A stretch of 57,733 nt of DNA, taken from positions 54,815,553-54,873,285 of the forward strand of contig NC_092384.1 of the NCBI RefSeq assembly GCF_030028105.1, given 5' to 3'. The notes under the pieces were generated by a model, which saw nothing but the letters and a program-made list of their open reading frames with translations, searched no databases and was not told the DNA's origin. Positions 14,078-26,222 of the stretch are shown piece by piece (the first letter of the stretch is position 1; each line of letters starts with the position of its first letter). The stretch is from Mobula birostris. Lineage: Eukaryota. A program made the position numbers and the translations under genes.

Positions 14078-14515
14078 CATACATCCCCTTGCTAACTAAG
14101 CAAAACAACATACTAGAAATAGAGTTTTAGAAAAAAAATAACAAGTTACATCAAATGTGTTGGCATGATATATAAAAAACACCCAGGCTTCTAGTATGTT
14201 TTACGTCAAACATCTTAAGGCCAATGTAAATTAGCTGCAAACAAATGAGTAGATTATAAAGCTAAACTTGTCTCAGGTGCAAATGATTGGTTTCTATAAA
14301 GTTAGGTATTTATGCAAAGTCACAATTTATTGGAATGTTTTCTGAATGAAATGGTGCTTTTATTTAGTTATTTTTCATTCTTAAAGGAAACAATTTAATT
14401 CAATCAAGAGATTGTTTCAATTTATTTTTCTGAGGCAGCTGTATAACTATTAAAAGTGCTCCTAAAATAGATGTAATCTTAAATCTTAGTTTCCTTAAAT
14501 GTGTCTGGTAACTAG

Positions 14516-14638
14516 TTTTGATGAAGGATTTTCAACCTGAACTATGTTTCTCTTTCTACGAGTGCTGCCTAACCTGCTCAGAGTTTTCAGCTTTTTTCTG
14601 TTCTTATTTCAGATTTCAAGCATCTGCAGTTTTTGTTT
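14516..14638 (+). mobile_element. Old PLE terminal fragment with decayed hammerhead
   Basis: ttTGATGAaggattttcaacctGAAc...tgctgcctaacctgct...atttcaagcatctgcagtttttg. Confidence 0.6.
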
Positions 14639-15166
14639 AGTAAGCCAAAATGTTTCTTTGAGAGACTGCAATATTTCTTTTCACGAACACATCTAGTTAG
14701 CCTCAATGAATTTTTTATACTCTGCCTTAATATTTTGTTACAAAAACCAAATGAAGGGGATCATCTAGCTGCTGCATGAAGATTTTACATGGAAAGGACA
14801 TACAAACCCTAAATATCATATTGCGTCTATTACCTTTCAGATTCAGACTCTATCACACAGGGTCCTCATTTGCCTTTTGTAATTGAGGTCAATTTTAGGT
14901 AATTCTTTTGCAAAAGACATTTTTTGATTAAAAACAAGGTGTTAACTTAGCACATTATATTGATTCCTATACAAATCAACTGCTGTATTCTACTTAGCAA
15001 TTCTTCAAAGCCATTTTAAAATAAAAGAAGCACATTCATTAAAAATAACACAATACACAACTGCCACCAGAACCGCATGGTTTAATTCAGCAATGCAGCC
15101 GACTTTACACCACCAACAAATAAAACTCAATGGCTTTGTGAACTTCCAGGTAATACATTTTTTTAC

Positions 15167-15248
15167 CTGTTTGATACGAAATGATTTTACATCTACATAT
15201 TGTTTTCATCTATTTGATACGAAATGATTTTACAACTCTATATTGTTT
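15167..15248. repeat. 43-bp tandem duplication (2 copies)
   Basis: tttgatacgaaatgattttaca starts at both 15170 and 15213. Confidence 0.9.
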
Positions 15249-17594
15249 CTTTTTAAGTTCCCTTAATGCAACGTCATGACTTTCAAAACACACGAGGCAT
15301 GGCATGCTATTGACAAAATGGTGATAAAACTATTTGTGATTTGGATCACAAAAGCCCAAGTCACGGAAAAGTAGTAATATAGGAGTTTTCTGACAGTAGA
15401 TTAATAGGAAAATATATTTTGATTAGAAAAGGAGCAAAACTGCCTTTTCCGGAACAGTTAACTATAATATTCTTTGTGCATTATCCCATTCACCGGAAGT
15501 GAAGATAGTTTAATCTTGAAAGTTAATCTCTCAAGGCCATTTAGATTGCGGAATGTGTTGATCACCTTATTTGAACATTTCAAATTGACGGCTTCTAAAT
15601 TTTAGGCATGACACCAAAGCTACATTCCCATCTACATTTGCCCTCCCCCCCCCCCCCCCCGACAATCCCTGGTATAGGACACAAACTGGGTTTGGGACAC
15701 TCTGTACTTTAAGCCTAAACTTGGGCTGATCCACTCAATAATACAAACATTCTATAATGCCACAATTAGCTGACGGCAGTCCTGTGTCCGCTGTTCCTTT
15801 ACAGTTTCTTCAGTCAAAGGCTTGTCAAATAGCTTCTCCAGAGTCACATCACAAAGTTCAGAGCTATGTTGAGAAAAAATGTTATGTTGTGTAAATTTAT
15901 AGCCACCATGAATTAAAATGTATTCTTGGCCACAAGCTTTGCTCCTGCTTTGATATCATCAAGGCAGTAATTATTACCTCATCTCCAAAACAGCCGTTTA
16001 TTTACAATTGCGCAAAAGAAGAGATAACAGGGCATCAAACAGAAAGAACATTTTTAAAAACCCTACTATTACAGCACGCCAAATGCAGCACCATCCCTTT
16101 AAAATAATTTTATGTCGGCAATGAGTTAAGCAGCAAGGTGCATATTATCCAGCGAAATGTGGAGAAACCCAAACAAAGAGTACACACAGAATTAACCCCT
16201 TTCACTTTAAAACGATATTCTGATAAAACTGGGGATGTTAAAGAGGCTAATCTCCCAAACACACCCTGAAGCTACCTTTAAAGTACCACATACGTGCCTT
16301 AGAATAATGTCTAGACATTCACCTCCGGATCTGTGTTGATGTGTAATGATACTGGCAGACCACTAAGCTGCTCTCTCTCCTCTTTCACAGCTCAGGTTCC
16401 AAAGAGACTGAAGAATGCCAACAATAAGAATTAGACAGACAAATCATTAATTTATGAGTACAGTGCATCCGCTTGCTAATTAAAGTATATTTTCAACAAA
16501 GTTCCAATTATTAGTCAATGACCTCATCCTCAGGCTAACCATTGTATTTGTGTGAAGGTGTCACTTGCAAGGATAGTTTGACTACCCTCACTGAATTAAA
16601 TAAAAAAAAGATGCACCTTTTATTCTTTCTATAGTACTTTCTTATTAAGATTTGGACCAAACACTTTTATTGCAATTATTTGTTGTTGATTTTAAGAATT
16701 TAGTTAATACTTCTTATAGAGAGGTACATTTTAACCAAATAGTTGCCCAATTTAATATTCTTCCTTCTTTTCACAGTGACTAGTTGATTTTGAAGGAGAA
16801 CACAAACAAACAATTTGAAATGCACTTTGTAATTTGCAGAGAAGAGTGGTTTGTCTAAGGAGTAAATATCACATAATGGAAAGCTGGAACTAAGTTTTTT
16901 TAAAAATCTTCTGAAGTTTAAGTGCTTCTGGTTCTCGTTTAACCAAAATGGGCATAAAAGCAACTGTTTGTGAATGTTATCATAGGTTAGGCGCTTAAAA
17001 TGATAAGATGTTTACTTCATTTTTGGCAGTAGTCCATCAATACATAAGTTTATTTGTCAATAAACAACAGATAAAACAATAAAACAGAAAGGTTACTGTA
17101 ATCTGCAACTTTCTGCACTTTCATTTGAAACTAATTTGCCTTACCATGCAAGATGAAAGATTTTTGCCAGAAATAAGCTGAACTTGTGAAAAGATTATGG
17201 CTTTCATGCCACAGAGAAGTGTTTCTATGCAATGTGTGGGCTGTATGCATTTTACAGATTATGACAAATAATGGGCAGGATTAGCACACAGTCATCAATA
17301 TTGCAAAATGTAATAATCATTACTTTATTTTCAATGACAACAATTTTATTTCCTCCATCGCCCACATTCAACACTGCAGCAGCATCCCGATGACTTCCTT
17401 ACAGGACTGAAAGGGTTATCCAGCTGTCTTACCTTTTAGGTTATCAAGTCTGCTGTATCACCACGTTCACAGCCCAAACCCAATCTCAGTTAAGAAGAAG
17501 CAATAACATTCAATGTATCATTGTCACACAGATCTTACATTGGCTGGATGTACTGCTTTTACGTTGCTGCACAATTATACAATGCAAGAATATA

Positions 17595-18980
17595 TGAAGC
17601 AGAAACAGTTCTAGGCCATTAAAACCATCTGCTTGTTCCATTCTACAAGATCAAAATTCATTCTTTTGCTTCAGCACCACTTTTCTGCACTAATGTAGCA
17701 TCCTTGACACTTCCCCTACTATCTAAAGATCTCTTAAATATACTTAATGGCCCTCTTAAGTGGATAATTCCAAAATTTCTCTGCCCATTTTGTGTAGGAA
17801 TTTCTGATCTTAGTCCTGAGTGGTTAAGGCCTCAGTTTGATACTCTAACAACTGGTTCTAGACTTCCCTGTCAAGGGAAACATCAAATCTGCAACTACTG
17901 GACTAGAGATCGTCGATCGCTCTTCTAAAATCAAAGTCCCATCCCTGGAATCGAACTGGTGAACTATTGCTGCACTCCCTGAATCCCAAGCATTCCATTC
18001 CTTAGGTAGTGAGACAACAAATGCAGACAATACTGGTATTTTGGCCTCATTGGAGCCTTATATAATTGGAGCTTTGTGTCTCGGATCTTGTACTTCATTC
18101 CTCTTGCCACAGTCACAACCATTTCATTTCCCTTCCTTATTGCCTGTTGTAAATGCGTGCTATCTTACTATGACTTGTGTACAAGAACACCCTTCTGAAC
18201 ATCAACGCTCCTCAATCTCTCCTCAATGCTTTCTATTTTCCTCCTTAAGTGGATGACCTCATGTTTCCCACAGTATACTCTATCCATTATCATCTCGAAA
18301 CTTCTTCGCATCGCTGTCATCGCCCAACAGTGCCACACGAATCAGTATTATCAGTAAACATGGATACATTGGGCCTCCTCATTGAAATAACTAACACAGC
18401 CTATTAACAGCTGGAGACACAGCACCAGTCACCGCAGCAGTCCACTGGCTTCCCAACCTGAAGACGCCATGTTTACTTCTACTCTTTCTTTTCAGTTCCT
18501 TGACAAATCTTTTATCCACGACACATTTTCCCCACCTCCATGCACTCTAATCGTATTGAATAATCTCTTCAATGCAGCTTATTGAACCGCTGAAAATTCA
18601 AGTATCAGGTTGTTTGCACTTATTTATTCTGCTAGTTATAGCCACAAAAAAACTCCAAAAAAAGATTGTCCAACTTCATTCCCCTTTCATAAATCCACAT
18701 TAAATCTTCTCAAACCTGTTATTATTTTCTACAAGTTACCATTTCCATATTAATTGAATTCAGCAGTTCTCCCACTTTTGATGTTGGGTTCATTGGTCTA
18801 CAGTCTCCTTGCTTTGTTACATAGTGGGATACAATCTTCTACCTTCCAATTCGTTGGAACCAAACTAAAAATCTATAAGGGAACAACAAGTGCACCCATT
18901 ATCTCCATCGCCCTACCTTCAAAACCCTAGGATGAAGGCCACTGGCTTCTGGAGATTTATCACCTTTCAGCTCCATTAGT
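17595..18980 (-). mobile_element. Old, highly decayed CR1 LINE
   Basis: A CR1-like tail lies near 17600. aaaaccctaggatgaaggccactggcttctggagatttatc near 18920-18960 is the reverse complement of a KSPG.DGLHPRVL-like motif. No intact ORF. Confidence 0.6.
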
Positions 18981-21817
18981 ACCCCACAGAGTTTGAGGAA
19001 GAACCAAGTTAAGCACACAATAACAAAGGTATTACTCACAAAATATTTGCATTAAAAGTATATGTTCAAAGTGATTTATTGACATTTATAATAAGCAAAG
19101 ATATGAGAGTCGGGCGTGTGATGAGTGGTTCAGGCCCCAGATGTGAAACAATTGCAAATGCCATCAAAGAAAACTGACATATTATAAGACATGGCTTTTA
19201 GCAATCCATCATGAGAATGGTTGCATTGGCGCTGATGTCAATTTTATTGCATTAAACCAACTCTAAATAGTCCCGCGACAAGCTTTGTTTCTAACGATCT
19301 TGAAACAAAGAGAATGCTGCCGTGAATACACAAGACTTCGCTTTTCACAATCAAATACTTGCAGAACTTTTGAGTCTTTTATGACTGCACCTTCACCCCT
19401 TTCCAAGGATAAGAATTATAATATTACTATGCCAGAAACACTGCCGTGCAAAGCAGATGTGTTTCCAAATAAAGCAATGCAGAATTTCTCAGCATCTGGC
19501 CACAGGCTCATCCATGGATTTTGACAGCAAGACCTGAGGGATACCAAGATGATGAGGGGCAAAAAAAATGCAATACTTAAAAGTCTGTATTCAATCCATG
19601 TGCATATTGTGAGCCCAGAACTAGGGGTCAGGTCGATCAGAGCGAGCACTGTATACAAAAGAGCGAGAAACATTGGCTTAATGGATCTAATCTGCAAGGT
19701 GTTAAGGCAGAATGTGGTTGAAAGTTTATACTGAAACCCCAAAGGAACTCAATATCACAGAACTGATGGAGACTTACTGATGCTCTTTCACATGTGTGAG
19801 AGCCATTATAATGGCTGCTACTGCAGGAAGATTTTATTTTTAACAGTCTTTAATGCAGAATTTGTGGTCCAAAAGTGTTAGTGTGTAATTGTAGAATTCA
19901 CAATATTGCAGCAAATAGCTCCTGAAATACACACGATAGACACACAATAACCATTATTGTTCTTCACAATAGAAACATTACCACATTTTAATTTTAGCCA
20001 GCCGCTTATCGGGTTAAGCATTTCGAATGAAATCAGCTGTTACTTGCTATTGATATACTGTATTTAATTCAGCTGAAATATCTTGATTGTGAAATATCCC
20101 TGATCTGAGCTAGTAATTCATTTAATCAATAGGTTCAATGTAGACCTGGGGCATCACGCAAGCCTGTCAGGTCACATTCAAGCCTTTGATGTAACAAAAG
20201 CAATTATTACATTCCTGGTGATGAGCAGTACCTGTCTGCTGTACAACAGAATGCCGCCTGTATCAACATCCTTTTCGCTGTGCAGAGACCCTCTGGAAAA
20301 AAGAGACACACGATATTTCTACCTAAACATAAATATATCCTTGTAGCTGGCTGCCATATCTAAGCAGGTCCTAATAGAAACCACATCTCTCTTATGGTTC
20401 ATTGCTAACATTCATTTATTTGACTGTCTCTGTATAAAGCAAATCACTCTGCAGAAAATATATATCACTTAAACACGTGGTGGCTTTAGCAGCTCAGAGA
20501 GGCAATTTTTAAAATAATTTATATATCTACCTCTCTAAAACCGGTTAATCTTCAGGTTTCTGGTAAAATTAAAATGTACTATTGTTTCCATGGAAAAGAA
20601 TAACAATGGTTAGTGAGTGTCCATCATTTCAACGTCAGGGCTATTTGCCACAGTATTGTGAATCCTATGATCACACACCAACCCCTTTGGAACACAAAGC
20701 ATTTTCTGTACGTTATTAATTCTTCAGGTTACAGAAGAGAATTCACATAGATCTTTTTTGTCTAAAACGCAGCAGACTATCTGGAGAAGAAGAATTTCAG
20801 AGTTGTGTACTTTGATAATAAATAAACCTTCGAATGGAAGTTATAGATGAGACAGACAAAATGTTCCAAAGCAGTGGAAACCAACCAATCACTGAGTAAT
20901 TTTAGCCCGGGATTGATGAAGAAAGGTTGAGTGGAAATGCAGTGGAGTTAGGATAATACATTAAAACTTTTTCTTGTCTGGAATAATTCAGAAATACTCC
21001 CCTCAGCCTAAGTGAGTTCCACACTGAAAGAAATCTCTAAGGGTTAACAAAGTAATGAGAATTAGAAAATTTAAACCACTGTGCCAAAGAATGCATAAGT
21101 TAATAAGAGACAATCCTCCCTGCTAACATCGAATCATTCCTATAAATATAGAAAGCAATTTAATTATTTATCCTATTTATATATAAAGCAATTTAATGAC
21201 GACTTTTAAAAGATATGTTTTCATATAGGAATATTATCATTTAAGCTGGGGAAACTCTCCAGCCCCACAGCCCAAATTAAATTGGTTACTAACATGAATA
21301 AACAGAGTAAGCCAACTTCAGCCAATGCAGACAGCAGGAAAAGGGAAAGGGAGTACATTAGAGATTTCATCTGTGATAGGACCCATGCTCACACTCATTC
21401 TGTAACTGGCATCTGGAGCAGATTTGCTACAACAGACATTGAAGAACTAGATTACATCCAGTTAACTGAGCTCTAAACTGATTATGCATGTGCCAAACTA
21501 ATGGATTACATTTGCAAGAGGAAAAATAACATCCAATCAATCTCAATTACGGCAGGACCACACCAGCCCAGATAAACTTGAAAGTATCCAGCAACTACCC
21601 ACAACTGTCCCTCCTTGCCTTACCAACAGTTCTACAGAAAACAATTGGTATATTCATTCAGAAATAAAAGTAGCTGATAGAGAAATACCATCACAGCAAG
21701 GCAGCAAGTGTTAGAGAGACTGTAACATTTTTTTTTGAAGGTTTTCTGGCTCAGTATTTACTAATTTTAGAAAGCATTGGCCTTTACGTCTCCGTGGTTT
21801 CAGTTTGTTAAGTAAGA

Positions 21818-21950
21818 AGCTTTTCTTGATTAATAAGAGCACCAAAGGTTATGGGGAGAAGGCAGGGGAATGGGCTTGAGAGGAGTAATAAAACAGCCAT
21901 GATGGACTCGATAGGTGAAAGGCCAAATTCTACTCCTATGTGTTACGCTG
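21818..21950 (+). mobile_element. CR1 3' tail
   Basis: aaaggttatggggagaaggcaggggaatggg...ggactcgataggtgaaaggccaaattctactcctatg is similar to 35050-35170. Confidence 0.75.
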
Positions 21951-24900
21951 TAAGTCAACTGCCAGAGGATATTGGGTACAAATAGGGTGAAGTTCACCTT
22001 CTATGATGGGTGTGTGGGGTAGGGGAAGTAGCGCTGGGCAAACGAATGGACTGACTGAGAACAGTTTGACTGCCTGCTATTCCCCTGCTTTATACATGAA
22101 GACTGACCGTGCCTTATTCCTGCTGCTTGTTTTCACCCAATAGAGTTGGGCTGAAATGTGGTTTTCGGGGACTTTAGGAACAGAGGCTACCAGAGTAATT
22201 AACAAAAACCAGGCAAATGTAGTTAATCCCGATTTTAAAATCATACACTGTCTCTGTAATCTCATGTTTTATTGTAAATTCCTGACACCCACATTTGTAA
22301 CAGGAAATGCCTTTGTAAAACCATAAGGCTATAATTTTAGACGTCTGATTGCCATGGTGTTCCAATGCCTCTACTGGCAGGCCAGTGTAAATGTTTTGAG
22401 AAGATTAAAAGACACAGGAACTACATTTATACTGATGTAATTTTATTTATACAAGACTGGCTAAAAAAGTTGGTTTAATGGGATCGAAGATGGCTCCAAA
22501 ATCAATCATTTTACAAAGAAAAGTAGTATAGACGTCACAGGCAGATACACTGAGTTTTGGCTTGTTTTCCCTTCAAAAGATGAAAATCGACAAGTCCCAT
22601 CCCAGCCACCAGGAGGAGCAGTTTGTGCTTTCAGAATGCTCAACCACAGGAGAGGGGAAAAGGAGGTGAGAATGGTGGAGAAATCCATTTCTTAGACCTT
22701 CTCAAATCCTAGAGATCAGAGGATGAACAGCAGATGAAGGGGGGATTAAAGGCCTAAATGGAAACTGTAAAACTTTGAAAAAGTTAAACATTAATAATAT
22801 GCATAGGTTTAGCAATCTGCTATTTCTTTAACCCTAACAAAATATTTCGAGTAACTTATACAAGAAAACGGGTCAAAGATTAGAGTAAAATCAAAGATCA
22901 GAGCTAAAGCATTAGCATTAAATACTAAAGTGAAGTGCATTAAGAAGCAAGGAGTTTCGGCTTATGTGTATTTACATACATATATACACACTCACAAGCC
23001 CGTATGCATACGTACACACATGCATGCACTTCCACACACTTCTCCCCTAGCTGTTAAGCAACCCAATCCTTTTCATATCTCCATCCCATTCCCTTGTGAG
23101 CTGCCCAGGCTGACACTGGAATGAGGTTTGAGAGATTGTAGATGAACAATATCAACAACCTTTTGTACAAGCACTGAAATAAAACATTCAGATCCTGTCA
23201 TAGTTATTGAAAGTTTTGCACAAAGTAATAACGATGCCTGTCTTATCACAAATCTTTTTAAAGATCAAAGTTAAAATTCCCTTTCCATTTGATGCAACAA
23301 ACCTTCACCTGCTTCCTATCTTAAAACTTAGGCCCTCAAAAAAATAAAATATTCCATGTCTGCAAAAAAATGAAAAGCTCTCTATTAGATGTCCCAATCT
23401 TCTTCTACTCCAAAGGATAAAGGCACAGTGAAGATCCTGATCCCAGGGAAGCCAATTTCATGGCCATTTCATCCAATAATTTCACAAGTTGGCCGAACAC
23501 CTACTCCAGATGTGGCTTCAACCACAGCAAGATATAATTTCAAAAAACATATCCTTCCAATGATTATAATACAAATCAACATTTGGTTTGCTTTATCACC
23601 AGCAAACATGGTCTCTACAATTTTAATCTTTTACCTCATAATATTCCCATTAATTATTTGCTGTTCTCTACTTCATGATTTTAATATCTTACTTCAATCT
23701 ACTTATCTGCAAGATGAAACATTAAACTCTGGTCCTGTATGTGTATTCAAGTGTATAACCAATGTACTATTTAAACCTGCTAAGTAGTCCTATCTAATAT
23801 TTATCCCTGAGCTAACGCAGTTCAATATAGACTACTATTTTCTGATTCTTGTTGGTGTTTCTGTGATCTTATTGTTTGGTTACTTCAAAGTTATTTCATT
23901 GGTTGCTATGTACTTTCAGATGTCAAGGAATTATGAAAAGAGCTAGATTAATTCCAGGATGTTTCTTTAGAGTGTTTTCTGTGGCAATTATCATTCCACT
24001 CACCCGATATACCAACCAGTGCAGAGTTGAGTGATCACGGTCACTCAGTATTTGCATCTGGCTTGTCCAAACTCTGAAGATGTGGCTAAGCCAGAGGCAG
24101 TGTGAGCCACGGTGCTTTCTGCATGTCTTAACGATTTCAAATTCAGGCTCTTGGATGAGGGAAGAAAAGGATTCCATTTTATACACAACATCCCCCCTAA
24201 ACTCCAACGCAGCATTTTTTTCAAGCAGTTTAACTCAGGTTTTTTGTTGGTCCTACTTACCATTATGTTTTGAATTACAATCCTAGTTTTAAAGAAGGAG
24301 CCATAGGCACATATTCTGACATGCGTTTTGATTATTGTGTATTGTTAACAACTAGTAGATGGAAAGCAATTAAGCTCCATTTACTCCAAGTCAGAAAGCA
24401 GCAAACAATTAACGTGTTTGCCTTCTTTTCTTCCTTTTCCCACATAGCCATAAAAATCATAAGTTGCGTGAGATAGCACTCATTCCATACATTATTTACT
24501 AATGTCAATAACTGGTTAACTGTGGACTCATCCTGACCAAAATCCTAGATGACAAAAGATTGGAATGGTTTCTGTAAGATGTATGCTAAGGCTGCTTCTG
24601 CCCACTTATTGACCACAGGCAAGAAGTGGACAAAAATGTTATACAATCTAATGATCTTCCAAATCAATGGAAGTTCATCGATTTTTAAAAGTATGTTGTC
24701 CATTCGCTTCGGTCTTGAAAAGTTTGTTGTTTTCACAAAGTCCATGAAAAAAGAAGAACCCTGTGGGAGGGGGTTGGTGAATGTGTCCTTCTCACCTGCA
24801 TACACAATGACAGGTTCACATCAACCGTTTCAGTGCCCAGTCTCCATATTTCATGTTTATGCTGGTACACATGACTCTGGAATGGGGTGATATTCCAAGA

Positions 24901-25253
24901 TTAGCTGCTTACTTGGGAGATGCTAAAATCAACTCTACAAATGTGAAACATCATATGAATAAATAATTCACTCTTGTTAACTTAATTCCTGCCATTTGGC
25001 TGTTTTAGAAGCAGAAGTGCAAAGCCACAGTTTATTGTACAGGAGATGCATTTGTCATACTTCATTATTTAAAAATAGGACAATTTCTAGCATGTGGTAA
25101 TCTTTGTCAAGTTTTCATGTTCAAAGCAACTTTGTGTAGTCTTTTTTTTAAAACGCAAACAACAGGAATTCTGCAGATGCTGGAAATTCAAGCAACACAC
25201 ATAAAAGTTGCTGGTGAACGCAGCAGGCCAGGCAGCATCTCTAGGAAGAGGTG

Positions 25254-25291
25254 CAGTCGACGTTTCAGGCCGAGACCCTTCGTCAGGACTA
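25254..25291 (-). ncRNA. Minimal type I hammerhead ribozyme (identical mirror copy, sense to the ZFHX3 pre-mRNA)
   Basis: Exact reverse complement of 25327..25364; predicted cleavage after 25259 on the minus strand. Confidence 0.82.
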
Positions 25292-25326
25292 ACTGAAGGA
25301 AGGTTAGTCAGTTAGTCTCCTTCAGT

Positions 25327-25364
25327 TAGTCCTGACGAAGGGTCTCGGCCTGAAACGTCGACTG
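25327..25364 (+). ncRNA. Minimal type I hammerhead ribozyme (PLE-type)
   Basis: Sequence is tagtc-CTGACGA-agg gtctcgg cct-GAAA-C-GTC^gactg. Stem I is tagtc/gactg, the CUGANGA core is at 25332-25338, stem II is AGG/CCT and GAAA is at 25352-25355. Helix III is reduced to palindromic ACGU, and the GUC triplet predicts cleavage after 25359. Confidence 0.82.
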
Positions 25365-25950
25365 CACCTCTTCCTAGAGATGCTGCCTGGCCTGCTGCAT
25401 TCACCAGCAACTTTTATGTGTGTTGCTTGTGTAGTCTTATACATTTTGCCCATATCTGCTGTAGCACCACCACCAGAGTGAGGATTTCATTGAGGCATTA
25501 GATTGTACGAGCAATTTCCATTCTAACATACAGTAGTTGTCTAAAAATCCATCTGTGGTCAGGGGCACCAAGTATGCAATCAGCCCCCAAAATTCATTCC
25601 ATTCACTTCGATGGAACCGAAGTTCAGATGTAATGTGCAACATTCTGTTGCTACAAAACAGCACGTTTTGCACTACTGTCTAGAGTTGAATTGTTATGCA
25701 AAGTGATTTGTAATGCAAAATGAAAATTAGGGCAGATTGGTTCATTCTAAAATTGGATTTGAATTCCATTTATGTTTGTTGGTCCATCATGTGCACCTCT
25801 AGTTCCTAACTGTGCCTGCAATGTCAGGATGCATGAATTTGCTCGGGTGGTAACTAAAATGAGAAAGCATTTTATACTCTTCACAAAATTAAGAATTTGC
25901 TATACTGGGGAGGGGGGGAATCATTGCAAATTATTAGTTTGCACTATTAA

Positions 25951-26222
25951 ATTGGCGGCAGGGTAGCGTAGTGGTGAGTACAATGCTTTACAGTGCAGGC
26001 GACCCGGGTTCATTTCCTGCCACAGCCCGTAATGAGTTTGTACATTCTTCCTGTGACCGCACGGGCTTCCTCCGAGTGCTCCCTTTTCCTCCCACACTCC
26101 AAAATAGGTTAATTGATCTTTATAAATTGTCCCACGACTAGGGTGGATTAAATCAGGGGATTGCTGGATGGTGTGGCTCGAAGAGCCTATTCTGTGCTGT
26201 ATCTCAATAAATTTAAAAAAAT
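25951..26222 (+). mobile_element. tRNA-derived SINE (HE1/V-SINE-like)
   Basis: A box tagcgtagtgg, B box ggttcatttcc, central gggcttcctccgagtgctcc...ttcctcccaca domain and a CR1-like tail ending ctgtatctcaataaa. Confidence 0.85.

Larger units (their letters stand above)
25144..25429. mobile_element. Miniature palindromic Penelope-like element derivative (inverted pLTR pair) with target-site duplication
   Basis: Arms 25189..25300 and 25318..25429 are 112-bp reverse complements with one mismatch and a 17-nt spacer. Direct repeat ttgtgtagtctt lies at 25132-25143 and 25427-25438. The arms resemble the terminus of the RT/GIY-YIG element at 43293-45490. Confidence 0.9.

Noticed and set aside
25951-26030. 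tRNA gene
   Set aside because: The A/B boxes belong to a SINE head with SINE body and tail; there is no full cloverleaf.
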